Part shown: one piece after another, positions 50,600 to 63,770 of the stretch
How the letters are laid out: each line of letters opens with the position of its first letter
Position numbering within the stretch: position 1 is the first letter of the stretch
Assembly (NCBI GenBank): GCA_043228905.1
Contig: JBHGNT010000016.1
Span: 3,162,001-3,226,000 of the forward strand
Origin: Azolla caroliniana
Lineage: Eukaryota > Plantae > Polypodiophyta
DNA length: 64,000 nt
Reading direction: 5' to 3'
The notes under the pieces: generated by a model
What the model was told of the DNA's origin: nothing
Seen by the model: only the letters and a program-made list of their open reading frames with translations
Database searches by the model: none
Program-made: the position numbers and the translations under genes

Positions 50600-53580
50600 T
50601 CTACTATTATGAGTTAACCAAGATATCTAGTACTAGTTATGTATGTAATTGTTCCTTATTATTTTGCTAGCATCATGTGCATAGTTGCTCCCTTGTAGTA
50701 TTTACACTTGGCACATGCATGCATACCTACATGCTCTATTGTAGATTCACATGCGTGCAACAAGTATGCATGCCATGTAGTATAAATAGAGGAGTTCACC
50801 TTGAAGGAATTCAAGGTGAACAACACCAGTTATGGAGTCTTTCCTTTAGTACTATATTCTTTCTTGTCCATTTGGTTATCTTCTTCGTTGTCTCTTGAGT
50901 TTATGATCCGTGACACCAACATAGCATCCTTAACTGTTACCAAACCCAATCTAGCCATCCGATTAAATTGAAGGTTAAGAATTTGTTTACCTTCCCACCT
51001 CAACAACCATGATGTTGCCAAAACCTCCATTTGTAATGAATTGGCACATCCCTTGTCTTGTGGGGGATGCCATTCCACAAACTCCAACATACTTCGCCAA
51101 GATGTCAACAAATGATTAACTATCATAGACCCTGTACATTTGACATCCCTGTTAGAATTAATTTCATTCCACCAATTTGCTTCAACCTTCATGTTTCCAA
51201 GCTTTATTATGTTCGTCTCTATAAAGTATGCCACCATTTCTGTCCAAGGTTGTACACCTTCAAACATGAATCGAATGAAAGTAAATTGATGAGCCACCAT
51301 ATGCTCATATAGATTCAATATTGATGCCCCACCAAGACGCTTCGGAGTACAAACATGATCCCATGCCAACCATGACAAGGCACTTTTCCCTTTTCTTTTC
51401 CATAACAACCTTCGCATCGAGCATGACAACATTTCAAGAGCTTTCTTTGACCATGGGATCAAAGGAAGATAATAAGATACCATAGAGACCATAATCGATT
51501 GGACCACCTTAAGTTGTACATGAAAAGGCCAAAACTGAGACCTCCAATACATAAACTTATCCTCCAACCTTTTGGATACCCACTCAATAAGTTTCACATG
51601 AGAAACTTCCACCCCAATTGGATATCCAAGGTGACGACAAATCATACCATGATGTACTATCCTTCCTTACCACCCCAACCCTAACACATCTTGTTCTGTA
51701 CATGAAATGAGGACTGATTTATGTATATTAATTCTCAACCCTGAAGCATTTGAAAACAATTCCCACACATCTCTTGTCTTACTAATATTTTCCCAATTAG
51801 GTGCCAAAAACATAATATGGTCATCTGCAAGAGTTTGAACAATACATGGCTTCCCTAATGGCAACCTTAGTCCAAGCAATTCTTCCTCCATAGCCATATT
51901 GTGTAACTTAACAAGAATAGGATGTGTCACAATAGTGAATTATAGTAAAGGACTTATCGAGCATCATTGTCTAACTAACCTCCGAATAGAAATCGATCCT
52001 GTTACTCCTCCATTAAACATCACATGTGAAACCGAACCCTCCCCTAATGTGTATATCAACTTAGACATACAATCACCAAAACCCATATGAGACATCAATT
52101 GATTTATAAATGACCAATCCACATTATCATAGGTTTTCTCGATATCCAATTGTAGCAACACTAATTCTTGTTTAGCCTCCTTTGCATAGTAAATTGCCAT
52201 TTGAACATTTAAAATATTATGTAAAATGTCTCTTTTCGCTAAAACCTCATATTGAGCATTATGAATAATAGAAGGTAAAACCTTATGCAACCTATTGGCC
52301 ATCACTTTTGCAAAAATCTTGTACATTCCCCCCATCAATGAAATAAGCCTCCATTGAGCAAAGGAAGATGGAGAAGGCACCTTCGGCAAAAGCTTGATCA
52401 AACCAATCTTCCAAGAATGAGGCATTTCCCCTGATGCCCACACCTTCTGAAATAAAACCGTAAAAGGCCCCTTTAACTTAATCACATATTTCTTAAAGAG
52501 TTCATGTGTTAATCCATCCCACCCAGGACTCTTATCATTAGCAAGATGTGACATGACATGTTCCACCTCATCCTCTGAAATATTAGCATCTAATGATTGT
52601 GCCACATCATGCGATACATGATTTTTCACTCCATTAATAAATACATCTCTATCTTTTTTAACATTATCATCGATACACATTTGTACATCCAACAATTGTG
52701 TATAATATTCTATGCATTTCTTCACAATTTCTTGAGGATCGAAACACATGATATACCATTTTCCTCTAACCTTACCACATTATGCCGTGCATGTGATTCA
52801 TGAAGGTCATGAAAAAACTTATGTGATTGACAATTAGCATCATCCACTCCTTGTCTTAGACTATGTAGTCTAGCATGTTGATAATTTTTTGCCGTTAGGT
52901 CATGCATCGCAGAAATTAATACCTCTTGATATCCCATCAACTCTACATCCGTTGGCCAATAAGTTAACAATGAGTTGCATTTATCAAGCAAATTAACTAG
53001 GAGACTTAATTTCTTTCTCCTTTTAAAAGCATGGTGAATTCCATAATATCTAGTTAACCTCTAAAAATTTGCAACAAATACTTCCCACGCTTTATACCCA
53101 TCAAATTGAACACGATAGGCAAATGCATCAATCAATTGATACATATAGGCATGGAATACCTCATTATCTAAAAATGATGAATTAAAAATCAACGATAGTT
53201 TTCCTAAAAATTCATGAAAACCTCTAATTGAGTGGTGATTGAACTCAAAAATTAATGGGAAATGATCTGATATAATTGACTCATAAGACACTGAAATATC
53301 CAAAATCTCTATTAAAAAACCTTCGGTATGCATAACATACATTCGATCCAACCTACTCCAAGTATCCTTATATTGAGCCGATTGAAAGGTATAACCAGGT
53401 TCATCTCCCTTTATCCATTTCCATACATCCCTTAACATGACTTCAGTCTCAAAATCTCCCCATTCTTGAGCCTCTGGTCCATCCATAATAGAGTGGATAG
53501 ATGTTGATTAATCTGTCTCACAACAAACATTAAAATCTCCCATCAATAAACCCGGTCTACCATTATCAAGCACTGAGTTT

Positions 53581-53624
<44 letters not shown>

Positions 53625-53628
<4 letters not shown>

Positions 53629-54789
53629 AAGAGAATTTACATATACTTAGGACAATGATTCAACAAACCCAAAATCCACGTGTGATTCTTTTGAGGATTC
53701 ATAACAAAAAAGACTACAGTTCTTGTAAGTATGGAACAACGAGAAATCTAAAGGTTTACAGTGGTTGTTTGGCAATGCATTTCCAACACCCGACATCTTC
53801 TTCTCTATGTCGGTTAGAAAACTTTGCTTGGAGCAAGCCTCGGTCATGCTTCTTAGCAACACTCTTGTGTCCGTCATACAACTGACAATCAAACATATGT
53901 ACAGAATCAAGGTTTAGTTCCTTCCAGAGGCGTTTAAAATCCTTAAAAGTCTCCACGAGGTCAAGTTCAAGACGGTTATGCGGATCGTGGTTGTCCTTCA
54001 GAAATTGATCCTCAATCTCTTTTAAAATGTTATTTATGACCGCCTTTTCCAATCCCCGAAGCTTCCTCAATCTATTCAGAAGCATTCCGAAGTGTTTATT
54101 CTTCCTTTTCCAGAAATCCCCAAGACATTCCTCCTTCTGACGCTTTGTGAGGACTGGGTTCTTCTTGATCACTGCTTGAGCAACCAACAAAATTTTCTCT
54201 TCGATATATTTAATCAAAGATGTTGCACAAATAAAAGATTTGTGGAGTTGGAATCATAAAGATCCATCATCGTATTCCGATTCTTAAGCTCCTGCAATAT
54301 GGCAACGAACTCCCTACCTTTGAGGTCCCTCCTCATTTCCTAGTTTTCTAGTTCCTCCAATTTATCTCCCTATGTTCGGCTCTAATCTCCTCATATTGGG
54401 CTTTGATCTCCTTGATCTCCCTCCAAATTTTTGCCAGGGAAGGGTTCTCATCCCCCTGCTTGAATTGCTTTTTTGAAGAGCCTAAACGTTACATTCTCTC
54501 ATTGTTAGGGGAATTGCATATGTTCACACCCTCCGAGTGGTGAAGATTTTGCCACAATATTGCAAGCATCTGTCCCTAGAGCCCTAGTAGCTTTGATGTG
54601 GTCTCGTTCCGTAACTACCATTGCACAAGTAACTTTGTAGGCCTTCACGAAGAATGATGCTTTGGCTCCAGATACCATTGAAGGAGAAGGAGATTCCATC
54701 CCTGCAATTGCTTTGGCAATGGTGTAGGCTCCATATACCTCTCTCTTACATGTATACATAGGTTGTATTTGACCTCCGAAGCCGATAAT

Positions 54790-54793
<4 letters not shown>
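53625..54793 (-). other. Unassigned coding-like segment between two (TC)n tracts
   Basis: 153-aa ORF at 53756-54217, upstream broken coiled-coil-like frames (LAKIWREIKEIKAQYEEIRAE) and ORF 54505-54738. No family recognised. Confidence 0.35.
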
Positions 54794-54834
<41 letters not shown>

Positions 54835-54843
54835 CGTATATAC

Positions 54844-57800
54844 TGTTGGGGACAAGGCCGTCAATGTGGAAGTGCAAGCAACATTCGTGATGAAGAAGAA
54901 CCTGTGTATGCATGAGCAAGATAGACACAGAGGGAGAGAGAGAGAGAGAGGCACAAAGGAAACGATATATTCTAATAGCAATAGTTACAAATGACAACCA
55001 ACCTTCACTAAAGGTTACAAAGTCACTTTATATAGTGACTATCCTAGGGCAACTGCCCTTTATGCTATTTACAAAAATGACCCAAACTTGGGTTGTCCAA
55101 AGGGACAATGTGAATACGGCCATTATACACTCATATTCGACACTCCCCCATAATGGGCATATACACGGGTTATCTAAAGAATTACAGGTATCTATACAAG
55201 GTTTATCGAACAGATCGGTTTTGTCAGAGTCGGCAAGATCTGAAGACAGAGGACTGAACCGGTCGGGTCGAAAGAGCTGAAGCTGATCCTCAGAGAACCA
55301 ATGTCGGTGGTCCGAAACCATCCTGTGTTGCGTGTCCGACTTTAATCGGACCGATTTTTCGTTACGCCCATCTGGTGCCGAAGGGACTGAAAACGATCCG
55401 CCAAAAGGCACTTGGTCATTCCATATGCGACATTATCAGTTGTGGATATCTTCTCGAGACCGATTTTCCTTGAAATGACGTAGTCCCAAACGAAGTGATA
55501 TCGAACGTCGATATGCTTAGAGGCGTTGTGGTGAACCAGATTTTTTGACAAAGCAACAACACCCTGACTGTCGTTGTAGACAACTAGAGTCGAGTCGGAG
55601 TCAACCTGTCGAAACGTGTCCGCCAGCCGACCAAGCCATAAAGCTTCTTTTGCCACGTCGGACGTAGCTACATATTCCGCTTCGGTCGTTGAGGTGGATG
55701 TGCACTCCTGAAGTTTTGACTTCCACGAGATTGTGCCATTGCCGAATTTGAAACAGTATCTGGTTGTTGATTTCCGACTATTCACACAGCCGGCGAAGTC
55801 TGAGTCAGTGTAACCAACTACGCCTGAGGTTGAGTTCGGGCCGAAAAGAATGTCGCGGTCTTTTGTGCCAGATAGATATCTGAACACATGCTTGACTGTG
55901 TTCCAGTGCGATCGACCGTGGTTGTGCATGAATCTGTTGACGACTCCTACGGCGTGAGAAATATCAGGTCGTATCGCGACCATCGCATACATGAGGGAGC
56001 CGATTGCCGGTGCATACAGTACCGACTTCATATCTTCCCCCTCTGGACCAGCTGTCGAACAGTCTCGCTGAGACAGCCGAAGGTTAATGGGGAGCGGGTT
56101 TGAAGCAGACTTGGCCAATTGCATGTTGAAGCGTTCTAGTCGGTTTGAGACAAGAAAATTTGTTGTGTATCGCGATACCGACTAATCTTCATACCAAGTA
56201 TGTGTCTTGTCGGACCGAGGTCCTTCATGGCAAACTTCAACCGCATTTGCCAAACGAGTTCGGTGAGCTCTCTGGCATGCCGACCGGAGAGTAGCATGTT
56301 GTCCACGTAGATGATGAGGAAGACGGGAGACCCGACTTGAGTTGTTTTGGTGAAGAGACAGTGGTCCTCATCGCTCTTGGAGAAGCCGACCGATTGGATG
56401 AAGTCGTCGAACTTCTTGTACCACATGTCGGGGTGCCTGTTTCAGGCCGTATAAACTCTTCATGAGTCGGCAGACTAGATGTTCCTGGCCGGATACCACA
56501 AAGCCTTTCGGCTGCTCCATATAGATTTCCTCCTGTAGGTCACCATGGAGGAATTCCATTTTTACATCTAGCTAAATCAGCTCTAAGTCGTCGGCAGCCA
56601 CGACGCCGAGCGTGAAACGGAGGGTCATCATTTTCACCACTAGTGAAAAGATTTCGTCGAAGTCGACGCCATATTCTTGTCTAAATCCCTTCGCAACTAA
56701 TCTGGCCTTGTACTTTGGGGTGGTCGAGTCGGAAGTCTCTTTTAGTCAATAGACCCACTTACATGGAAGAGCACGTCGATTCTTCGGTAATTCGACCAAG
56801 TCCCAAGTCTTGTTTGCCCGAATGGAGTGCATTTCTGACTCCATCGCCAGATGCCATGTGGCTAAATCGGCAGATGCCGATGCTTCTTCGTAAGACGTCG
56901 GTTCGCCGACTTTGGTAAAGAAAATTCCGGGAGAATACCTCTCCGGAGGTTGCGACAGTCTCTCAGATTTGCGAGGTATGACTGGACTAGTCGCACCGGG
57001 TAGATGGTCGGGAGCCGAGCCATTCGGTTGTGCCGAATTGGTGGATTCGGTGCGAGAGTTGTCGGTTACTCGTGAAACCGATCTCGTGTTGTGGGTTGGG
57101 CCGTCATGAAGGGTTGGCACTTCAGAAAATATTACCCTTCGGACTTCAATAGGCCTTTTGGCCGTTTTATGCATAGTTGACTCGTTGAACACGACGTCCG
57201 AACTTCGGATGATTTGTCTGTGCACGGGGTCCCAGAGTCGGTATCCGATCTCGTTGTCGGGTCCATATCCAAGAAAAACACATTTCCTTGACCTTGGTTC
57301 GAGTTTCCAGCGGTCGTCTTTCGGTATGAGAGCATACGCCTCGCAACCGAAGATCCTCAGTTTGTCATAATTCGGCTTACTACCGGTCCATATTTCCTGA
57401 GGTATTTGAAGTCCTAGAGGTCTACTTGGCGACATATTTATTATGTGTACTGTCGTAAGTAGAGCCTCCGCCTAGAAGCCATCCAACAGTCCAGAGTGTT
57501 GGAGCATGGATACTACGCGTTCTTGAATCGTCTAATTCATGCGTTCAACAATTCCATTTTGCTCCAGACTATAGGGTGCCGTATATTCACATCGAATGCC
57601 GCATTCCCGGTAGAATTTGACGAATTCTTCAGACTTGAATTCTCCTCCATTGTCAGTTCAGAGACATTTCAGTTTCCGACCGGTCTGATTTTCGATCATT
57701 GCAAGCCATTCGGAGAAGATCGAGAACACCCGATCTTTGGTTCGGATGGGATAAGCCCACACCTTCCGAGTCGAGTCGTCAATGAAATTGACAAAGTACG

Positions 57801-59979
57801 AAGCACCACCGAGAGACTGATGTGGCATCGGGCCACAAACGTCCGAGTGGACTAAATCAAGGAGGCTCGATTCTCTTGGTGTTGATGTCGGGTGTGATGT
57901 GGCTACCTGTTTGCCGTATTGGCAATGCTTCAGAATTGGTGATCTGAGAAGGAGAGCTTGGGGATGTAACCGGCTCTGGATAGGTGCGTTATGCCGGCCT
58001 TGCTAAGGTGTCCAAGTCGTCCATGCCATAACGATGACACGGGGATATCAACCAGAAATAAGTCACCCTCTTTGAGCGTGACATATAAAGGATACAAAGA
58101 GTGTACCTTGGGTCCTCGAGCAAGTAGGAGGTTCCCTTTATGGAGTGTTCACCCTCCTGATGAGAACCAAGCACGGATGCCGGCTTCGTCAAGTTGTCTG
58201 ACAGAGATCAAGGGGCTTGACAGCTCAGGAACGTGTCGGACGTTGTGTAGTACGAGTGTAGAGCAACCCGGAAGGTTGAACTCTACGGTGCCGATTCCGA
58301 TTATGGCACAGTGTTGCGCGTTTCCGACTCGAACTGAGTCAGAGTGCCGGTCCGAGTATTGCCGAAACTGAGATCGGTGAGGTGTCACATGATACGATGC
58401 GCCCGAGTCCAGGAGCCATGTGCTCGATTCCTTAGTCGTATGCAGAACTTCTGATTCGATTGGGTTCTCTATGGACAGTATGTTCGGTTCGGTCATCAAA
58501 ATTTCGGCTGAAGAGCCGACGTAGTTGACCTCCTCATGTCGGCTACTCTTCTGATCCGCTCTCTGAGCTTTGTCAAGTTTTTGCTTTGAGTGCCTAGCAG
58601 TCGGCTTTGATGTGTCTCGGTTTCTTGCAGTAGTTGCAGATTTGGTTGTCCCGGGACTTGCTCCGGCGTTGGATCAGATACATCTTCGTTGCAGCAACCT
58701 TCTTTTCATAAGTTTCCGACAATGTTTTCCAAAGTTCAAACGATGTCGTGCATGATTGCACTGTGAAGTACACTGACCCCGACAAGTGCATCTGAATCGT
58801 GGCACGGACGATTTTGTCCAGCTTTAGCCACTTGTTTCCCTTGTATGCTTCTGGAGGATTTTCATTCTCAATCGGGTCTATTTGACCCTTAACTATGAGA
58901 TAGTCCTGCATTTGTTCCTTCTAGAAGTTGAAGTTCAAACCATCGAACCTCCTTAGACTCATCTCCAATGAGCCGGATGTTGATGCCATCTGCTTCAGTT
59001 TCGGTTGGTAAGACTCGGTTCGGAGTTGACCACGAACCTTAGTGGGGTGCAGCCGGTCGGCTCACCGGATATCGTTCTAGTCGGTTTTGAACCCGAGTCG
59101 GTTTGGTTTCGGATACTTGTTGTTGAACTTGCTCGAAGTGACTCCGGTAACTTGAGGGACAGAACTGGCTAGTCTTCCCAAATGTTGCCGAGTCGGAGTG
59201 AGCCCGGTTAGCTTCCGATTGTATGCCGAATACCGATTACACGAAACCGATTGTTTGGGCCAATTCTGGTTCGGATGACTGCAGCGATGAGAGGGACGGA
59301 TCCAACTGATCCTCCCGAATGTCGATCAACCGATTGAAGCACGAAGTGGTTGTTGCCAAGAGACCAATCTGCAGCGGGTGGTTACAGCAAGCGGATGAAT
59401 AGCGTTGGGTGACCTATTCGGATGTTGTTTAACCGAATGAAGCACGATTGGGTCGGTTGTTGCTCAAGGAGCTCCCCTCAAGCGGTTACAATCACAGGAA
59501 TAGAGTACAACCGACTAGCTTACTCCAATTTGTGATTTAACACAGTGAGATGCGAGTTTTTTGTTTTTCTTCTCCCTTCTTTGTTCTTCAAAGAAAACGA
59601 AAACAGAATGTTGTGTTGTACGATGACGGTCGGCAGCGGGTTGAAGAACCTCCAACGCTCTGATACCAAATGTTGGGGACAAGGCCATCAATGCGGAAGT
59701 GCAAGCAACATTCGTGATGAAGAAGAACCTGTGTATGCATGAGCAAGATAGACACAGAGGGGGAGAGAGAGAGAGAGAGAGAGAGAGGCACAAAGGAAAC
59801 GATATATTCTAATAGCAACAGTTACAAATGACAACCAACCTTCACTAAAGGTTACAAAGTCACTTTATATAGTGACTATCCTAGGGCAACTGCCCTTTAT
59901 GCTATTTACAGAAATGGCCCAAACTTGGGTTGTCCAAAGGGACAATGTGAATTCGGCCATTATATATTCGTATTCGACA
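54844..59979 (-). mobile_element. Decayed Ty1/Copia LTR retrotransposon with both LTRs (Tork/Tnt1-like)
   Basis: LTRs at 59671-59979 (5') and 54844-55142 (3'), differing by about 9 substitutions plus (GA)n length. TSD TATAC / TCTAC; PBS TGGTATCAGAGC (tRNA-iMet) at 59668-59657; PPT at 55143-55150. Motifs in Copia order: gag [48 protein letters not shown] and IYVDNMLL, RH YTDSDFAG and KHIDVRYHF. Stops, frameshifts and an internal gag deletion are present. Confidence 0.96.
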
Positions 59980-60839
59980 TCTACGGTTTACGTTAATAAA
60001 GTGATGAAACAGAATGACAGAGGGAAAGAGATGGATACCTGGAGGAGTGGATGTTGCAGGTCGATGATGACACGAAGAGAGGCGAAAAGAAAGAAATATC
60101 GGAACCGAGTATGTAGTATGTACATACATGTTTGAGAGCCTCTACATGGAGGAGGGTATTTTGGAAATCAAGGGGGGGGGGGGGGGGGGGGGGGGTCGGT
60201 ACATATAAATGCTAGAGAAATTGCTACCAGTTTCTGCACTAGTAATAGGGCCAACATCCTAATAATAATGCGAAGATGCAATAGTCTTCAATCAACTAGA
60301 GGCAACGTGTATTTAGCTATGAGTTGTCTCGATTGAAACACACATACATACACATATCAAATATATCCAAAGGCTATCCACACATGCATCAAACATATTT
60401 AAAGGCTCATGCCACACATCCATTACAAGTTGAAGACACAGGCATGGAAGCCGGCACCAAAATGCTTTATAATATATAACAAAGAAAGGTATCCCAATTG
60501 TATACGAGGTGTGTACATTAGGATGCTTTATACATGACAAAAGGTATCCCAGATGTATACGAGATGTATACAGGAGGATACGAACCAACAAGGTATGTGG
60601 TAACTAACCCACGAGATACAACAATACGATAGCAAGCCGAGACGGTATACGGTCCGTGTATATACCTTGGGCAAATATATTTTATTATGGAGTGGCCCTC
60701 CCCCTTTGAGAAGAAGTGTATGTGTAAGGGAGGGTATAAATGCTAGGAGTGAGTGAGGATAGTGTGAGGGTATAAATACTCTAGTACCGTATGGTATAGT
60801 ATACGGAAGTATAGTATATATATGTATATATACTAGACG

Positions 60840-62222
60840 CTAGACGGTGGCTATGGTGGGAGCAGGTGCAGGAGGGGGTCCGCGGCGGAAGATGGAGCGT
60901 ATCTTGTCTGAGACAGACTTGGGCGTGATGTCAGGGAGGCAGAAGAGGATGTGAATCCCCAGCGAGAAGAGGAAGCCGATGGCAGCGCTGGAGGTAGCGA
61001 TGGACATGGCGGCGGAGGAGATGACGACGAAGGAATCGGCTCTGTTGGTCTGGTCGCGGCAAGCCATGGCCAGCTCCAGGCCGGCGTAGAAGAGCAGGAC
61101 CCCAAGGATCCCCACAGGGTATGCCTCCAAGAGGCGTACCATGGAGCTACCCAGGAGGAGGCCCAGGAAGAGCTTGAAGCCGCCCAGGAAGACGACGGCC
61201 GCCCCGCTCCGGGCGCCGAACCTCCATTGGCCGGCCAGGCCACCGGCGCCATGGCAGGCGGGCATGCCGCCGAACCAGCAGCCCACCAGATTCATGAGCC
61301 CCACCGACACCGACACCTTGGTGGGGCTCACCAAGCCGCTCTTCTCCGGGTAAAGATCGCCCGCGAGCTTGCACACGGCCACCACGGAGTTGAGCACGGA
61401 GAGCGGGATCTGGGGGATGGCCGCCCTCACGAACCCCTTCCGCCACTCGTGGGCACTAATATGAGAATACACGTGCGGCGTGGCCGGCCCGAATTTGAAG
61501 GACTTGAAGACGCTAGGTTTCCGGATGAAGGCGAGCACAAGGCCGATGATGAAGACGATGAAGGCGGTCGGCACACGTTGGAACCATCGCCTCCATTTCG
61601 ACTCCCGTTGTTGTCCTTGTCCTTGTCCTTGTACTTGTCCGACCTCATCCTCGCCCGGCGGGGGAGGGCCCGACCCCCCGACCACCACGATGAAGCAGAA
61701 GGTGAGGAGCGCAACCAACATCCCATCCAACCCCATCCACTCCCTATTCCCCTTTGTCTTCCCCGTCGTGAAGTTCTGGATCTTGAGCACGTACTTCACC
61801 CCCGTGACCGCGAACGACAGCCCCTGCGAGAGCTGGATGCCCCTCACCACGGGCAGCGGCACGAGCTTCTGGACCACGTGCATGAGCCCCGTGATGCCGA
61901 GCCCCGTGAGGATCGCGGACGTCGTGATCCCCGCGGCCATGATCTCGGCCAGCGTGAGGCGCTCCGAGATGGCCACGGCCGCGATCGTCTTCATGGGCTG
62001 GACGGGCATCGGCACCCCGAAGCCAATGCCGGTGATGATGTTGTAGGCGCCCGTGAAGATGAGGGTGGTGCCAAGGTCGAGGTCGTTGGCGAGTGCCAGG
62101 GCCACCACGATGGGGATGAAGGTACCCAAATCACCCAATGCCCCGCTCATTTCCATCCACACCGACTTATACTTCATGTTAGTGCGCGCCTCAGCCACTA
62201 TCGCCTTCTTGTCCCACCCCAT
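60840..62222 (-). CDS. MOT1: MOT1-family molybdate transporter, intronless, 460 aa
   Basis: Signature motifs EMSGALGDLGTFIP, PMPVQPMKTIAAVAI, PVVRGIQLSQGL, PQIPLSVLNSVVAVCKL and GGMPACHGAGGLAGQWRFG; many TM helices. First ATG is 62222; the ORF track uses an upstream TTG. Confidence 0.96.
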   Translation of the reverse strand: MGWDKKAIVAEARTNMKYKSVWMEMSGALGDLGTFIPIVVALALANDLDLGTTLIFTGAYNIITGIGFGVPMPVQPMKTIAAVAISERLTLAEIMAAGITTSAILTGLGITGLMHVVQKLVPLPVVRGIQLSQGLSFAVTGVKYVLKIQNFTTGKTKGNREWMGLDGMLVALLTFCFIVVVGGSGPPPPGEDEVGQVQGQGQGQQRESKWRRWFQRVPTAFIVFIIGLVLAFIRKPSVFKSFKFGPATPHVYSHISAHEWRKGFVRAAIPQIPLSVLNSVVAVCKLAGDLYPEKSGLVSPTKVSVSVGLMNLVGCWFGGMPACHGAGGLAGQWRFGARSGAAVVFLGGFKLFLGLLLGSSMVRLLEAYPVGILGVLLFYAGLELAMACRDQTNRADSFVVISSAAMSIATSSAAIGFLFSLGIHILFCLPDITPKSVSDKIRSIFRRGPPPAPAPTIATV

Positions 62223-62759
62223 GATGCTCAAAATAGGCCTATACCGTGGTTGGCTTGATTGATTTAACAAGAAGATCCAAGTCTACAAAGGCACTTCCTC
62301 TACTATCTTCTTCTTATGATTATCTACAAGGAGATCCTCACGCTTAAATAGATCCATCCATCTAGAGTTGACATTTTGTTAATAGATTTGTATATCAAGG
62401 GGAGGCCTATATCGGGGAAGGCTTACTTGGGATGTATCCTTCTTTATTTGTAGTACCATTGTCTCACGTCACTATTCACAACTCAGTATCTTGTACTACC
62501 ATTCCTCTTAATCCTCCATCATGTGTATACCGAGTTACGACCACACAATTATAGGGTGGAACCATTGGCTTTGTCGTCGTCCATCATCTCACCCTTGGCT
62601 TTACCTAACAGATGACACATATTGAGCCTACATCTAATTGTGTCGTTGATAGTAAAATAGTAGGCTCTTATAATCAACAAGCACACCATGGAAAATGAGA
62701 TACAATTACTTGCCCTAATGATTGCCTTGATCTTGTAATATAGAAGTATGTTTGCACGA

Positions 62760-63770
62760 ATATGATACATGCATGGTTCGCCAGCTTTTTATTGTTACTA
62801 GCAAGACGACACAGATTGATATAATGCATATGCATGAGCTATAATTTCCATGCATACGGTTAGAGACCACATATAATTAGGTTTTATATAGTACTAGGAT
62901 ATTTTGAGGTGACAAAGGTTTGCATTAACCTAGTTATCTCTTTGTCTTAGTGTTTGAAAAAGCTTGCAACATCACAACACCAAATCTCCCTAATCATCTA
63001 CCTCTTCGGAGCGCATTCCTTGCTACAAATTCCCTTAAGATTCCTAAGAGTTGCCACTACTTTTACTCGTGCAATAAACAACATAATGGACATGATATCA
63101 TTGTCATCATATTCCTCACAAAATGATCATGAACATTGCACATTCGTCACTTTGTTTTGAGATTTTAAGACCCTTGCAAGCAAGTTAGACTATGAATATT
63201 CTAATAAGGAAGTGTGATGAGATTTTGAGGCTTCCCATTAAGAAAGTCAAACGAAGAATATTCCAAGAAGTAGGGTCCAATCAAAATGCTTTGTGTTTCT
63301 TACATTTGAATACTAGAATCATGTATGCGTGCATTCATGTTTCACCAACTTTTTATCGTTACTAGCAAGATGGCATGCCACAATAGTTACAATTTCCATG
63401 ATGATGACACTATAACTAGGATATATATATTCCAAAACAACATTGCTTCTATAGGTAGGATATCGATTGGTAGGTGAGAAAGGTTTGCATTAACCTAGTA
63501 AAATGAATATCACGAGTCTATCTACTCGAGTACACTCCTTGTTATATTTTCCCACTACTCTTACACATGCAATATCTGCATCAAACAACAAAATTATGGA
63601 CAAAGATTATTACATCATCTTCTTCATTGTATCCTCATGACGACAATCGTGGAGTTATCCATCAAGCACTTATTTTTGAGACCTCGCCATCACGTCAAAC
63701 TAGGAATATACCAAGAAGGAGGGTTCAATCACACCACCTTATGTTTATTACATTTGAATATTCCAAAAAT
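62760..63770. repeat. Degenerate direct repeats upstream of MOT1
   Basis: The block ttcgccagctttttattgttactagcaaga...aaaggtttgcattaacctag occurs at about 62777-62933 and 63340-63498. The block gaatattccaagaag.aggg..caatca...ttacatttgaata occurs at about 63256 and 63703. Confidence 0.55.

Larger units (their letters stand above)
47777..50915 (+). mobile_element. Young chromodomain Ty3/Gypsy element (Tcn1/Tf1-sushi-like) lacking PR-RT-RH, 3139 bp
   Basis: 353-bp LTRs at 47777-48129 and 50563-50915, with one difference seen by eye (gaactAttga / gaactCttga); perfect 5-bp TSD CCAAC; PPT GAGGGGGGATAA at 50551-50562; no tRNA PBS. Confidence 0.96.
45779..53584 (-). mobile_element. Decayed L1/Tx1-like LINE ORF2 (EN-RT-zf), 5'-truncated, split by two LTR insertions and bounded by (TC)n
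   Basis: Endonuclease motifs MGDFNV, SRLDRMY, SDHFPL (53560-53060); RT motifs KSPGWDG, WRLISL, LDIEKTYDNVDW, VRQ*C, LADD, HLGYPIG (52750-51600); zf-RVT CFFC..EHSRHRFISC and GLWFNWNMR (47500-47127), continuing as NAFFF..KGLLLWQL (46072-45860). (TC)n at 45753-45778 and 53585-53624. Confidence 0.9.

Noticed and set aside
60951-62258. 435-aa plus-strand ORF antisense to MOT1
   Set aside because: It mirrors the MOT1 codons; the lack of stops follows from extreme GC3 bias. No recognisable domain.
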